A DNA stretch of 62,618 bases, counting the filler, from Kipferlia bialata (taxonomy: Eukaryota): the NCBI GenBank assembly GCA_003568945.1. It is 3 parts of 3 records of this genome, joined end to end, with 100 filler letters (N's around TTAATTAATTAA, not from the genome) between each part and the next. Parts side by side here need not be neighbours in the genome. Positions count along the whole stretch, not along the records: positions 25,011 to 54,870 come from BDIP01000128.1; positions 54,971 to 62,618 come from BDIP01000165.1; 1 more part is not named here. One strand, written 5' to 3'. Below the pieces are notes generated by a model. That model searched no databases. It was given only the letters and a program-made list of their open reading frames with translations, and was not told the origin of the DNA. Shown one piece after another: positions 51,594 through 62,618 of this stretch. Each line of letters opens with the position of its first letter. Within the stretch, counting starts at the first letter, position 1. The translations under genes and the position numbers were made by a program.

Positions 51594-53085
51594 TCACACA
51601 GAGTCCTCCTCTCCCCACACTGGCCCCTCCTCTGCAACATAGGGCACAAACTCAGGCTCCCTCAGCTCCTGTGAGATGTCGTACATCTCCTGGAACTCCT
51701 TCCTCGTCACGTACTTGCTGCTTGTCACATGGCCACTCATCACAGGGTACTTGCTCACAAGCCGGAACTCTCCGGTCCGGTACTGATGCTCCTCCCTCTG
51801 TGCTGCCAGTGGTGTGCCGGGCAGTAGCTCCAGGGGGTAGCAGATGAGGGAGGCCACGTTGGGAGGTGTGTACATGTCCCTCACTGTCTGCAGTGTGTGC
51901 CGCAGGGTGGCAGGGGTCTGGAAGGGGAGGCCGATGATGAAGGTCATGAAGTGCCTGATCCCGTTCTGCTCCAGCTGCGTCACCATCCTCTGGAGCACCT
52001 CCTGGCACATGGGCCTCTTGATGGCCCTGTAGGTCTCAGGGTGCAGTGACTGTACCCCGATCTCCAGCTCGAGACCAGGCAGCTGTCTGTAGAGGACAAG
52101 CTCCTGCTTCGTGATGGTCCTTGGGAAGAACTGCACGCTGATCCGGCCCTTGTACCTGTTGTCCACCAGGAACTGCAGCACCTTGACCCTTCTCCTGATG
52201 CGGCTGTCATTGAAGGCAGCGTCCAGCACACATATGTCTCTGGCCCCACCCTCCATGAAGAGAGTGAGGTCCCCATGCACCCTCTCCCAGGATAGGGGCA
52301 CAGACCCCCTGATACCACCGGCATGGCAGCAGTACGAGCACTGGTGGTGGCACCCACGCTCTGTCTCAAGCCTCACATACATAGACACAGGCAGTATCTT
52401 ACACGCATAGGGACTGGGCACTGTGGACTCGTCTAGAGAGAGTGACAACATCATGGAGTCAGGCATGTCTGCAAGGCTGAGTGCCGACCTGGCCCTCTCT
52501 GACACCAGGGCCACCTTGTCATGCCGGTACCCTAGGCTCAGACAAAGCAGAGGGAGCTCCCCAAACTGTCTGCAGAGAATGTCAGCTCTTGGGAAGGCGC
52601 TCACAACCTCCTCGTCTGTCTGGTAGGTGATATGGGGCCCACCGAGCAGCAGTAGAGAGCCCTCAGGCAGAGATATACCCTCATACACTCTGGTGTTGTA
52701 TGCAAAGACAGAGAACCCTATACACGAGGCAGGGTAGGTGTCCACAAGCTGCTGCATCTCTGCCTGCATGTCCTGGGGTGAGGCAGGAGATGCAGGAATA
52801 TACCCAAGCAATAGATCCTACCTCCAGATCTCTGTTGTTGCCGTCAGCGTCCGTCATGTTGATACTGCCCACCGACACAGTCAACCCAGGCACCATGGTG
52901 AGCTGTGCCACAATGCATGCCACCCCGTATGTGATGGGGTTGTCCTTGGCACGGATGGCGTCGCAACACACAAGCAAGATGGATTGAATGGGGGTATGGG
53001 TGTCAGTTCCAGCAGGTAGCTGCAGAGCTGTGCCATTCCCATCTCCCCCAGACGGAGAGCCTAGGAATGTCTCCAAAAACGTCAT
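51594..53085 (-). CDS. B12-binding-domain radical SAM enzyme, 2 exons (intron 52773-52821)
   Basis: N-terminal Rossmann-like B12-binding region (IGFSVFAYN...LLLGGPHIT...ADILCRQFGE), then ETERGCHHQCSYC (CxxxCxxC), VLDAAFN, LEIGVQSLHPE...IKR, FIIGLPFQT and YPLELLPGTPL. Confidence 0.88.
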
Positions 53086-53376
53086 GCAACACAGAGACTC
53101 AGTGAAGAGCACATCCTTGCCCGAGAGTCTCGGGACGAGACCTTATATTGATATTCTGCTTTTAAATACTACCCTTCCCTTGTTGCATTACATAGCCATG
53201 ACTCATACGTCGACATACACAAGGTGTCGATACACAAGGTCTCTATTGGGCAAAATACCAACGATAACCCTCTGACAAGCATACAACACAACAACTCTAA
53301 AGGTACAGGACTGATACTAAGGAACCTCAGCCACAACTCATCCACACTAGACCTAGACAGACATCACTATCAGTGC

Positions 53377-54984
53377 TCACTGGTCCACCTCTGAGGCTGC
53401 CTCTATCTGGTTCAGTGCTCTGGTCAGGGAGTGCCTGGCGGCGTGGAGGTACTTGGCCTGCTCCTGCTTGAGCTTGTACCGGGCCGTCTGTCTGTCAACC
53501 TCCGGCATGAGCATGCTGTTCATCAGTCCATGCATGGCAGCTGCGGGGTCCTGGCGCTCAGTCTCGTACTGGGCATCATCCAGGGCGGCAACGGCTGAGG
53601 CGGCCCTCCTGGCAGACACAAGTGCCTTCCTCCTGGCCACCTTAGAGACAGTGGCAGACATAAGCTCAGTGACTAGGGTGTGGGAAGAACCGGCATAGGC
53701 CTGGGGGTCAGGGGGGGGAGGGGGGGAATACTGATATAGTGTGTATATATACTACGTGTGTATACTGGCGATGTCGACATATACCTAGGGGGCAGGTGTA
53801 CACGCATAGGATACTATCAAACAACATCATATACAAATATATACATGGCCACCCACCTCTGTTCCCTTCTGCTCTGCAAAGTCTCTCTTCATCCTCGAGA
53901 TGTTCTCGGACTGTCTCCTCTCCTTCTCGGCGTCCTCCCTGGGTCCACGCTGGGCCTCAGCAAGGCGCATGATGGCACCAAGTCTGGCACATGAGGGGGG
54001 GGGGGGTATGGGTACAGAGTGACTCTAATTACCATCCTCCATCCATTGAATATGGTCTTGTGTATATAGAACTATATATGCACCCGTACCTGGCGAGGTC
54101 CCTCCTCCTGACCCTGTCCCCGTGCAGGGCAGAGATGGCCTGGGACACGGCAGACCCCACAGCTGTGGTGGTGGAAGAGGTCACAAAGGCAGAGCGGATC
54201 TCGTCGATCCTGGCCTAGGGGGTCAAGGGGGGGGGGGGCAGACAAAGTGTATGTACCAAAGTCAGAGCAATACCGATATATACATATTTAGATAAGCATA
54301 CCTGAGCTGCTGCATCCAGTAGGACTGGGGCGGCCCTGGCCCTCTGGATCTCCTCGGCCAGCCTGATCTCATGCACAAGGCCCAGACGCTTCTCCTGGGG
54401 GTGAGAGGGGGTACATATATATACATATATATGTACACATCAGCACTACTAAGTACAGCCATCGGTACCTTCTCGAGGAACATGTAGTTCTGCTGGGCCC
54501 TTCCCCTGAGCAGTCTCTGCAGGAATACAACTGCGTCAAAGAGAGACAGGGACTCAGCCCTCTGCTCCGGGGTCTCAGTCTCCTCCTCTGTGACTGCCCT
54601 GGGGGCAGGTGCGGCAGTGGTGACGGAGGATGCAGCAGACATCTCCCTCTCCCTGCCGGCCTCCTTCTTGGGCACAGTCTCAGTCGTCACAGGCACCACA
54701 CCCAGAGAGGACTCCCTCTCCCTCTCCTTCCGACCTGTCCTGAGTGCCACAGCCGCAGCCAGCAGCTGCTTGTGCTCTGCCATGGACACACCGGGGGGAG
54801 GCAGCTCCTCGTCGTCCTCTGGGGGGGTCAGAGGGGGGGGGGGGGGGCGGGGGAAATTAAATCTTTTATTNNNNNNNNNNNNNNNNNNNNNNNNNNNNNN
54901 NNNNNNNNNNNNNNTTAATTAATTAANNNNNNNNNNNNNNNNNNNNNNNNNNNNNNNNNNNNNNNNNNNNGGGGGAGGGGGGGT

Positions 54985-55022
<38 letters not shown>

Positions 55023-55622
55023 TACGCCGTGAAACACTCCGTATTCCTCAGAATACCGTGGTGAGACCAACTGCATTTGTACATACCTCTTAATGATCTC
55101 CACTGTCCTCTCATTGGCAGGAAGAAGACCACTTGCATATGTCAGCTGGACAAGTCCCAGGGCCTCTGGCTCCTCTCCCTCAGGTACAGCCACTGGAGGG
55201 GTCCACACCTCAGTCTGTGTCCCTGATGTTGGTGCTACATAGAGAAATATACACACAAGAGCATAATATGAATACATAGTATACATAGCGAAAATCTTAC
55301 ATCCTCGGATATTGTTACCTGACTCTCTGTACATAGTCTGCACGCCTCTAGTAACAAACCCAGGTCTCTCCCGGGCCAGAGGTGGGGGAACCAAGGGGTT
55401 GACTGCTGGATCATTGGGATCCACAGGTGCTAACAGCCTGAGGTGAACAATGTGCAAAATACGGAGACCACTGATACTAAACTGCACTCACACTTGTGGG
55501 GGAAGAGCATTGAGGCTTGGGACCACTGGACGTGAGAAGAACTTGGCTCTATGCCGTCCTGAGACCTCAAAGAGGTCATGCATACGTGTCTGCACATGCT
55601 GCGCCTGCCTAGGGGCCTCCAT
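53377..55622 (-). CDS. CFAP91: Cilia- and flagella-associated protein 91 (MAATS1-like, radial spoke/CSC component), interrupted by a gap
   Basis: KFFSRPVVP, GVQTMYRES-GTQTEVWTP...PEALGLVQLTYASGLLPA...VEIIKR and the IQ-like VVFLQRLLRGRAQQNYMFLEK-EKRLGLVHEIR match conserved CFAP91 blocks. The middle is lost in the gap at 54871-54970. Confidence 0.82.
54871..54970. other. Scaffold gap with artificial spacer (N44-TTAATTAATTAA-N44)
   Basis: Linker at 54915-54926, same construct as 24911-25010. Confidence 0.95.
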
Positions 55623-56079
55623 TTCAGCTAGTGAGCCACTAAGAGACCTTCACGCCTGTCCTAGCAACACTTAATTGGGGTACGGGCCCTACAGCAGTCT
55701 GGAGACACTGAAATAGCTGAAGGAAGCAGGTCCTGAAAATCCAGTGATGGCAGGTCTGCTAAAAGGGTTCAGCTATATCAAAAACTACAAGAGCGACTGC
55801 ATGGGCGAGTATTAGCCTGGCACCATATGAGTATCGGGCCCAATACTCATTAGTTATTGTGCTCATTAGCGGCTGTGGCGCAATAAAGGCAGTAGTACGA
55901 GAACCTAACATTATAGAAACCAGACAGAGAGATGTATCTCACTGCATATCCGACAAATGTCTCTCTCTTCCTACACGATCAGCACATCAGACACGAATAC
56001 TCTATTAGACACGAAGTAGTACAGTAATACAAAACGATATATCGATACATATCTGGCATATCCACAATACAACAGGCCC

Positions 56080-57264
56080 CTAGTCCTGGTGCACTGCCGC
56101 GTTATCCTCGATCTCAGCCAGCAGAGTGGATATGGCTGCCAGGTCCTTGACGGTGGAGCCATGGCCAGAGTCAGTGTCTTCCCTAGCCTCCAGGGTCTCT
56201 GTCTCTGTGGCATGGGTGTCGATGATGCCCCCTCCGTCCATGTCCATCTGGGCTATGTCGTGGAGGGAGAAGGAGGGGGGTACAGGCACAGGGTCTGACT
56301 GGGTGGGGTGGGGTGACTCACCCTCCTCCTCAGACATGTTGAGATAGGCATCCTCAGAGGATGACTGGGTGTCTGGGTCAGAGGCCTCATCATCGGAGGG
56401 CAGAGGGTGCTCCTCCGCCGCTTGGGTCTCTGTCATACCTTCCTCGCCATCCCCTTCCATCCCAGTCTCAGACACTCCACCCTCTGCCGCAACCTGGGAG
56501 GCTGAGAGTGATACCCCCTCTCCCTGTATATCAGCCAGGGCACCTGCCAACAGACGCCCTATCCTAGCTAGGGTGGGATCAGAGCCACCCCCTCTGGCGC
56601 CACACAGCCTCAGGGCCAGCTGCATCCGTCTGACTGCTGCCTGGCTAACCCCCCCTTCCCCCTCACCCCTTGTGGCTGAGGGAGGGGGTGGGGACACAGA
56701 CACGCCTCGGGTCACGTGGCGCAGAGGCGACGAGTACTGCCTGGTCAGTCCTACAGGGGTCTCCTCTCTCATAATACCTGTATCTCCCCCTCCACTACTG
56801 ACATCATGTTGAGAGTCTAACACAGACTCATCAAACGGCAGATGACCCTGCTCAAAAGGGGCGCCACTCACAAAACTGGCCTGAGCTGCCCTCTCTCTCT
56901 CCCTGTCTGCCTCCTCATACCCCCTCAGCCTGTGCTCACACTGCACTATGACCTCCTCCTGCTCTCGGATCAGAGCCTCCAGCCCACCCAGCACCCGTCT
57001 CTGCTGCCCCTTCTCTCTCTCCCTCCTGACCCTGGCCTCCATGGCCTGTGCCGCTGCTGCCTCTCTCTGCTCCTCCGCCTCCTGCCTCAGCTGCACAAGG
57101 GTGCTGGACAGCATGACACAGTGCTCCTCGGCCTCGGCACACCCCACCAGGGCAGCCCTCTCCCGCTCAGAGGCAGCCCCGGCATCCTCCATGGCCTCTC
57201 TCTCCCTCGCCTTGGCTGTATCCACCTCGGCCCTCAGAGACTCAGTGTGCTTGAGAAGCAGACC
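56080..57264 (-). CDS. Terminal exon of a hypothetical coiled-coil/acidic protein (5' part missing)
   Basis: 1.18 kb open frame beginning at acceptor tttcag|GGT (57264). Coiled-coil sequence is followed by an acidic disordered region. Its phase is incompatible with direct splicing to the PRP39 exon. Confidence 0.55.
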   Translation of the reverse strand, partial: GLLLKHTESLRAEVDTAKAREREAMEDAGAASERERAALVGCAEAEEHCVMLSSTLVQLRQEAEEQREAAAAQAMEARVRREREKGQQRRVLGGLEALIREQEEVIVQCEHRLRGYEEADRERERAAQASFVSGAPFEQGHLPFDESVLDSQHDVSSGGGDTGIMREETPVGLTRQYSSPLRHVTRGVSVSPPPPSATRGEGEGGVSQAAVRRMQLALRLCGARGGGSDPTLARIGRLLAGALADIQGEGVSLSASQVAAEGGVSETGMEGDGEEGMTETQAAEEHPLPSDDEASDPDTQSSSEDAYLNMSEEEGESPHPTQSDPVPVPPSFSLHDIAQMDMDGGGIIDTHATETETLEAREDTDSGHGSTVKDLAAISTLLAEIEDNAAVHQD

Positions 57265-57317
57265 CTGAAATGTTATATAATGGTGGACTTTCTGAGAGAT
57301 AGAAATGTGTGTGTATG

Positions 57318-57366
57318 TGGGGTGGGGGGGGGGGGGGGGGGGGAAGGGGGGGGGGGGGGGAGGGGT

Positions 57367-57399
<33 letters not shown>
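57318..57399. repeat. Poly-G/poly-C tract (similar tracts at 24860-24910, 54971-55019 and near 62580)
   Basis: Near-homopolymeric G/C runs, two of which directly abut assembly gaps. Confidence 0.8.
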
Positions 57400-57523
57400 C
57401 TCGCCTGACAGTAAAACACATATACGTAATATATAATAATAATATAGAGAGAATGAGAGGAAGGGGGGGTGGAGAGAGAGAGAGAGAGAGAGAGAGCGAC
57501 ACTATACACACACACACACACAC

Positions 57524-58982
57524 CTGATGTTGATCCTCTGCACCAGCTCACCGACGCCCACACCCATGGCGTCATAGACAGCCCCCACAAAGTACATGCC
57601 CTTCCTCTCGGCCCAGGAGGCAGTGGCGTGGATGACGGCGTTGGCGGGGGTGGCACCGGCCAGGGACACCACCTCCTCAATCACAAGGTCCCGGTCATCA
57701 CCCAGGGCAAGGCGGAAGTCGCCCAGCTTGGTCAGGATGTACCCGGCAGTCTGCATCAGAGCAGGCTTCTGGGCCTCGAAGCAGGTGCGCAGCACGTCGC
57801 AGCAGGCGTTGGCCTCCTCGCCGGCCCTCCTCATGCACTGGGCGGTGGCAACGGCAAGGCCGCACACAGAGGGGTGGGCGGCGGTGGCGCGCTTGTAGGC
57901 GGGGCAGGCGTGCTCTGGGGAGAGGGCCTCCAGCTTGAGGAGGAGTCCCAGGAGGGCGGGCCTCCTCTGGATGGGGGTGAAGTGGGCGGAGATCTGGGTG
58001 GCGGCCCAGGCCATGACAGTCTCGTCGATGTGGGCCTTGTAGGTGGTCACAAAGGTGAGGAACCGGTCCCAGGCGGGGCCGTCCTTGGCCAGCACCACCA
58101 GGGCCCTGCCGTACATGTTGAGGGCGCGCCTGATCAGGCCGGCAACGTCTGCCTCGGCCTCCACGGCAGCGGCAAGGGCAGCCTCCACGTGGTCGATGAG
58201 AGACATCCAGGCGGCACGGGCGTCGTCAGACACGGGGGAGGGGTGGAAGAAGGTGCGGTCCCCGGCAATCACTCCCTCGGCAGTCTCACAGGCGGCAACC
58301 TGGGCCTTTCCGACCTCAGATGCGGCTGTGATGGCCTCCTTGGTCTCGGAGTCCAGTCCCTCGGCAGCAGCGGCCCAGGTGTTGGCCTCAGTCACAAACT
58401 CAGCGTGGGAGCTGAACCCGTGGGCGCAGGCATCAATGTACACAGCACCGACGCTCTCTGGCTCCTCCACCTTGAGGGCCTCCATGAACTGGCTCCACAT
58501 CTCCTTGGCCTGCCAATCCCAACCCACAGTGGCAACAGCCCTCCTCAGAACCTCCAGACGCCCCTCCAGAGTGTTGTCGGTCATGTACTTGATGTACTCC
58601 TTCCACAGAGCATAGTCGTATGGAGTGGACTTCACGCCCTGCTCGAATACGGCAATAGCTGTCTCGCTTCCCTCCATGGAGTGTGCCTTTCCAGAGAGCA
58701 GCACGTAGAAGTAGTAGCACTGGGGCAGCACCTCAAAGAAGGATCCATATGCCTCAGCGATCTCAGGGTAGGAAGAGCCCTTAGACACAGCGTCAAGGTA
58801 CTTGTGCCACTAGTGGGTGAGAAAAGCATTGGGAAACGAGACTAAACTCGTAAACAAGGCGCAAATACGGCAACTCAACTCCACACAGCTCCCAACTCGT
58901 CATTCCTCACACACAGCATGTCCCACGCGACCATTACCTGATCGACATCCTCGGGGTTCTGGGGGCGTACTGGGGTGGCCAT
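57524..58982 (-). CDS. PRP39: Pre-mRNA processing factor 39-like HAT-repeat protein (U1 snRNP-associated), 3' end unresolved
   Basis: MATPVRPQNPEDVDQ-WHKYLD...YGSFFEVLPQCYYFY...VFEQGVKSTPYDYALWKEY...RAVATVGWDWQAKEMW...RTFFHPSPV parallels the PRP39 N-terminal HAT repeats and RPYFHVKPL motif. Intron at 58810-58937. Confidence 0.72.
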
Positions 58983-59495
58983 CTTCTCCTTCTAACTCCA
59001 GTAGGTGGCTAAAGGGAGTCAAAGGAGCCGCTTCTGGAGGCTCAGTCGGAGAACTTTCGGAGAGGAGCCGGAAAAGTCCGAAAACTTGAACCCTTCCGCT
59101 GTTTTTGTGTGGTCATGAAGAGGTCATATCATAGGTCAGTCTCTGATTACGGCTCCTGTGTAAGTAACTCTGACTCGATTCTACTGAGAAAAGGGTACCG
59201 AGGAGGGCAAGCTCTCTATAACCTCTTGCATCATTCTGCAAATTGTGGGACAATCGTATTTATTGGTAAATAGTGGTTAAGATAACTTCGTGTAGGAAAG
59301 GCCCCAATGTGAGCAGCATGAATCCCATGTTACTGCTCACCCTACCCAGCTCAATAACACCCTCATAAGAACTGGATAATCATACGGCCGTCTGAGCCAT
59401 GACACTAGAAAGGAGAGGGGAGGCCGTAGAAGAAAAGGAAATCTTATGATGTGTGTGCATCCATCAGTCAGTCGTGGTAGAGTCGCAGTCGTCGC

Positions 59496-61120
59496 TCAGA
59501 TCTGCCCCCTGGCCCTCCTGCCTGCCTGGTTGAAGTACTGCCTGATGAATGCACCTGCCTGACCCCTGGGGTGAGGGAAATATAGAGTATGTATAACACA
59601 CTACATTCCACGATGAACATCTATACACTTGCGTCAGTGTCTTGGCTATTCTGGCTGTCACTGGTACCCCATTGCCTCAACAATATATACATATACAATA
59701 TCAACGTATACAAAACTATATATACCTGAGTGTCTTTGCTATCTTGGCTGCGTCTGGGCTGTCTGTGTCTATGGGTATCAGACCCATCACCTCAGACACA
59801 TACTCCTTGACCTGGGGGTCAGAAGAAAGAGACTATAGTATGTATACTATAAACACACTGTATATATAGTATGGGTATCAGGCCCATCGCCTCAGACACA
59901 TACTCCTTGACCTGGGGGTCAGAGATGGACTATAATACACCATATATACAAAATACACTATACACTGTACACTCACCACACTAGACATGACGGATACATC
60001 CACCCCATAGTGTGACACAATGGACTGGGCCCTGTCCTCTGTCTGAAGGGTGGCTAGGAGGGAGAGGTAGGGGGCAAGGACAGTGTCAGGGGGGGTGGCC
60101 TAGGGGTAAGGAATATATATATATTGAGAGAGAGAGAGAGGTAGGGGGCAAGGACAGAGTCAGGGGGAGTGGCCTTGGTGTCACTATATGTATAACTTTG
60201 GGGGGAGAGAGCTTGGGGGAGAGGTAGGGGGTCCGGCCAGCGTCAGAGCGGAGAGCCTGACAGTATACATATATCACTAGATAGGAAGATAGAGACACAT
60301 TCTATACCTTGGCCTTAGTCTTCCCCTTGGGTGTCCTTGCCTTAATCACACTCATATACAAGAATTAGTATATATCTATATACACAATGACAGATATACG
60401 TTACCTTTGCCTTAGTCTTCCCCTTAGGTGTCTTTGCCTTAATCACCTTGGGTAGCTTCTTGACCTGGGGGTTTGGACACATATGGGATGCATAGTAGTA
60501 GTTATATTCTGTATACACAAAGAACATATCTAATCCACACCCCCTTTGAGCTTGACCCCCCTGTGCCCCCCCCCCCCCCTGGCATAGACACATGTCCATA
60601 TCTCAATATATATCTATCAATAAATCTATCTAATGTCTATCAATATCTATACCTTGAACTTGACCACCCTGTGCCCCCCTCTGGCCAGGTACGGTCTGAT
60701 CACAACACCCTCCCAGAAGTTACCCTGAGTGTAAGCTTCACAGAAATATACTCAGTACCGCTCCATTGACACTATACTCACGTGTACATAGCATAACAAT
60801 ATGCTCTGATCTATGGTACTTCTATCTATATACCTTGATCTGTGGCAGTCCAAGCAGGCCAGGCAGGGTGGTGTGCACACCCTCCACCTTGGTGGCCATG
60901 CACTCAGACAGGGGGCCTGGGGGTTAGTGTATATATTTTACACTATATACTATGAGTAGATAGTATATATACTGACAATATACCTGTCACCAGTGGCTGT
61001 GCCCATGTCACCAAGGGACACTTGGCAGACTCTCTCTCTCTCTCTCTCTTTCTCTCTATATACTATATATATCCATGTCCATATACCTGTGACCAGTGGC
61101 TGTGCCCATGTCACCAGGCC

Positions 61121-61156
<36 letters not shown>

Positions 61157-62618
61157 ATATACATATACTATATATATGCATACAGTACCTGTCACTAGAG
61201 GCTGTGCCCATGTGACCAAGGGACACTTGGCAGAGGCATCCCTGCATGTCACATCCACCTCCTTGGGGGACAGCCACTGCACAACCTGGGGGTGAGTGTA
61301 TGTATAGATACATTTACCTTGACCTTGGGGATGTCATATATATATATGCAATTGCAAATATATACACATGTGTAGCATATATATATACCTCTGGTGTTGT
61401 AGCCTCTCCCTCCACATCAGTAGTAGTGAATGCGGCAGAGGGTGAGGCTGGGGATGCAGGTGTGGTCGGGGTGTCACAGGGAGAGGTGGAGAAAGGGGGT
61501 GGGGTCTGGGAGAGAGACACCTGGCATCAGTATAGGCAAATGAACTATAGTACACAAATATAGAGCTATATATCCATGGTATATACACACTGTCACATAC
61601 CACAGCTATGTCGAAGGGGTGGAAGTGGTACCGGGGGCTGTACTGGATGTGGGGCTGAGGGTGAGAGAGAGGGATGTATCATCCATCCAGTAGGGTATTA
61701 TGGGTCTTTTGGATACATACCATATAACACAAATTGTAGACACTGTAGGGCCACATACATAGAGTAGATGATTTGCATAATATTCACCTGTATAGTTGCT
61801 GGGTTCTCCTCAACAGGTGCCACATCGGGGTGGACATAGACACCTCCATAGAGCTCGCCAAACACCACAACCCTAGGGGATCAGTACATGATAACTTATC
61901 ATGTACTTATCATTGATAAGGTATACGAATCAATATATATAGAGTGCAGTACACATATCAATATACCTGGTCGCTGGTATGGGCGTGTCCTCATACTTGT
62001 CACTAGGGTCTATGGGTGTGTCTGATGCCATGACCATGTTGGTGGACAGGAGGGAGTCGACTACACCCAGGGCAACCTCTCGCAGGTAGTCTCGGTGTCA
62101 GTATGGATATACAAATGTCAATACTGTGTGCCATTATATATATATACCTGTGTAGAGGTGGAATGAGTAGAAGGGTGTGTCTGGCATATAGACGACACAT
62201 ACATCTATTGAATGAAGGTACTACCTATTCATATATTTTTATGTATGTATGTATATGTACCTGTGTAGAGGTGGAATGAGAAGAAGGGTGTGTCTGCGTC
62301 CAGGAACCCACTCCGCCTCTGGAAGGATACCTCTCTGGTGGAGAGGTCAACAGACAGACCAAAGTTGGTGCCTGGAGTAAGAAGAGGGGGGGGGAGAGAG
62401 AGAGAGAGAGAGAGAGTGAGTGACAGAGACCGAAGTTTGTTCTCGGGCTAAGAAGGGGAGGGGGGAGAGAGACAGAGAGACCGAAGTTGGTGCCTGGAGT
62501 GAGGGGAGAGTGAGAGAGTGGAGGATAAGTCAACAGAGAGGCCAAAATTAGTGCCAAGGGTAAGGGGGGAGAAAGGGGGGGGGGGGGGGGGGGACAAAAA
62601 AGGGGGGGAAAAACAAAG
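59496..62618 (-). CDS. ATP-dependent RNA ligase of the Rnl2 / kinetoplastid REL family, multi-exon, 5' end outside the window
   Basis: Spliced exons give motif I tail GTNFG, motif Ia QRRSGFLDADTPFFSFH, motif III VVVFGELYGGVYVHPDV, motif IIIa IQYSPRYHFHPFDI, motif IV LPGLLGLPQIK-GNFWEGVVIRP, motif V RVVKFK and C-domain TEDRAQSIVSHYG. TGA at 59498-59496. Confidence 0.85.

Noticed and set aside
29542..53085. Bacterial contamination or a prophage as the source of the fibre-like and radical SAM genes
   Set aside because: Both carry host-type spliceosomal introns with the same acceptor motif and are interleaved with ordinary eukaryotic genes. No capsid, integrase or terminal repeats were seen.
8004..62618. 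Apparent functional clustering of RNA-related genes (Elp3, PRP39, RNA ligase) and of two radical SAM genes
   Set aside because: They are separated by unrelated genes and scaffold gaps in a eukaryotic genome, with no evidence of co-regulation.

Overview
This is eukaryotic, gene-dense, very intron-rich DNA from a draft protist assembly with four N-gaps, two of which carry an artificial TTAATTAATTAA spacer. Short GT-AG introns ending in a fused branch/acceptor motif (CTCACCCCCAG-like), (TA)n/(CT)n-rich introns and Glu-Arg-rich proteins suggest a free-living fornicate metamonad such as Kipferlia; this is an inference. Genes reconstructed by hand-splicing, in order: a SETD3/LSMT-type SET methyltransferase, a SatP/GPR1 acetate channel, a SPRY fragment, a Kelch protein, Elp3, two hypothetical genes, an Rh-type ammonium transporter, two more hypotheticals, a roughly 19 kb gene for a giant membrane-anchored beta-repeat protein, an LPCAT-type acyltransferase, a B12-binding radical SAM enzyme, CFAP91, PRP39 and an Rnl2/REL-type RNA ligase. 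Highlights are (1) systematic diverged 'echo' copies of exon ends plus their splice sites inside introns, (2) the giant phage-fibre-like surface protein, (3) an RNA ligase resembling kinetoplastid RNA-editing ligases, and (4) a nearly intronless cobalamin-type radical SAM gene. Exon boundaries are manual and approximate, and no database searches were run.
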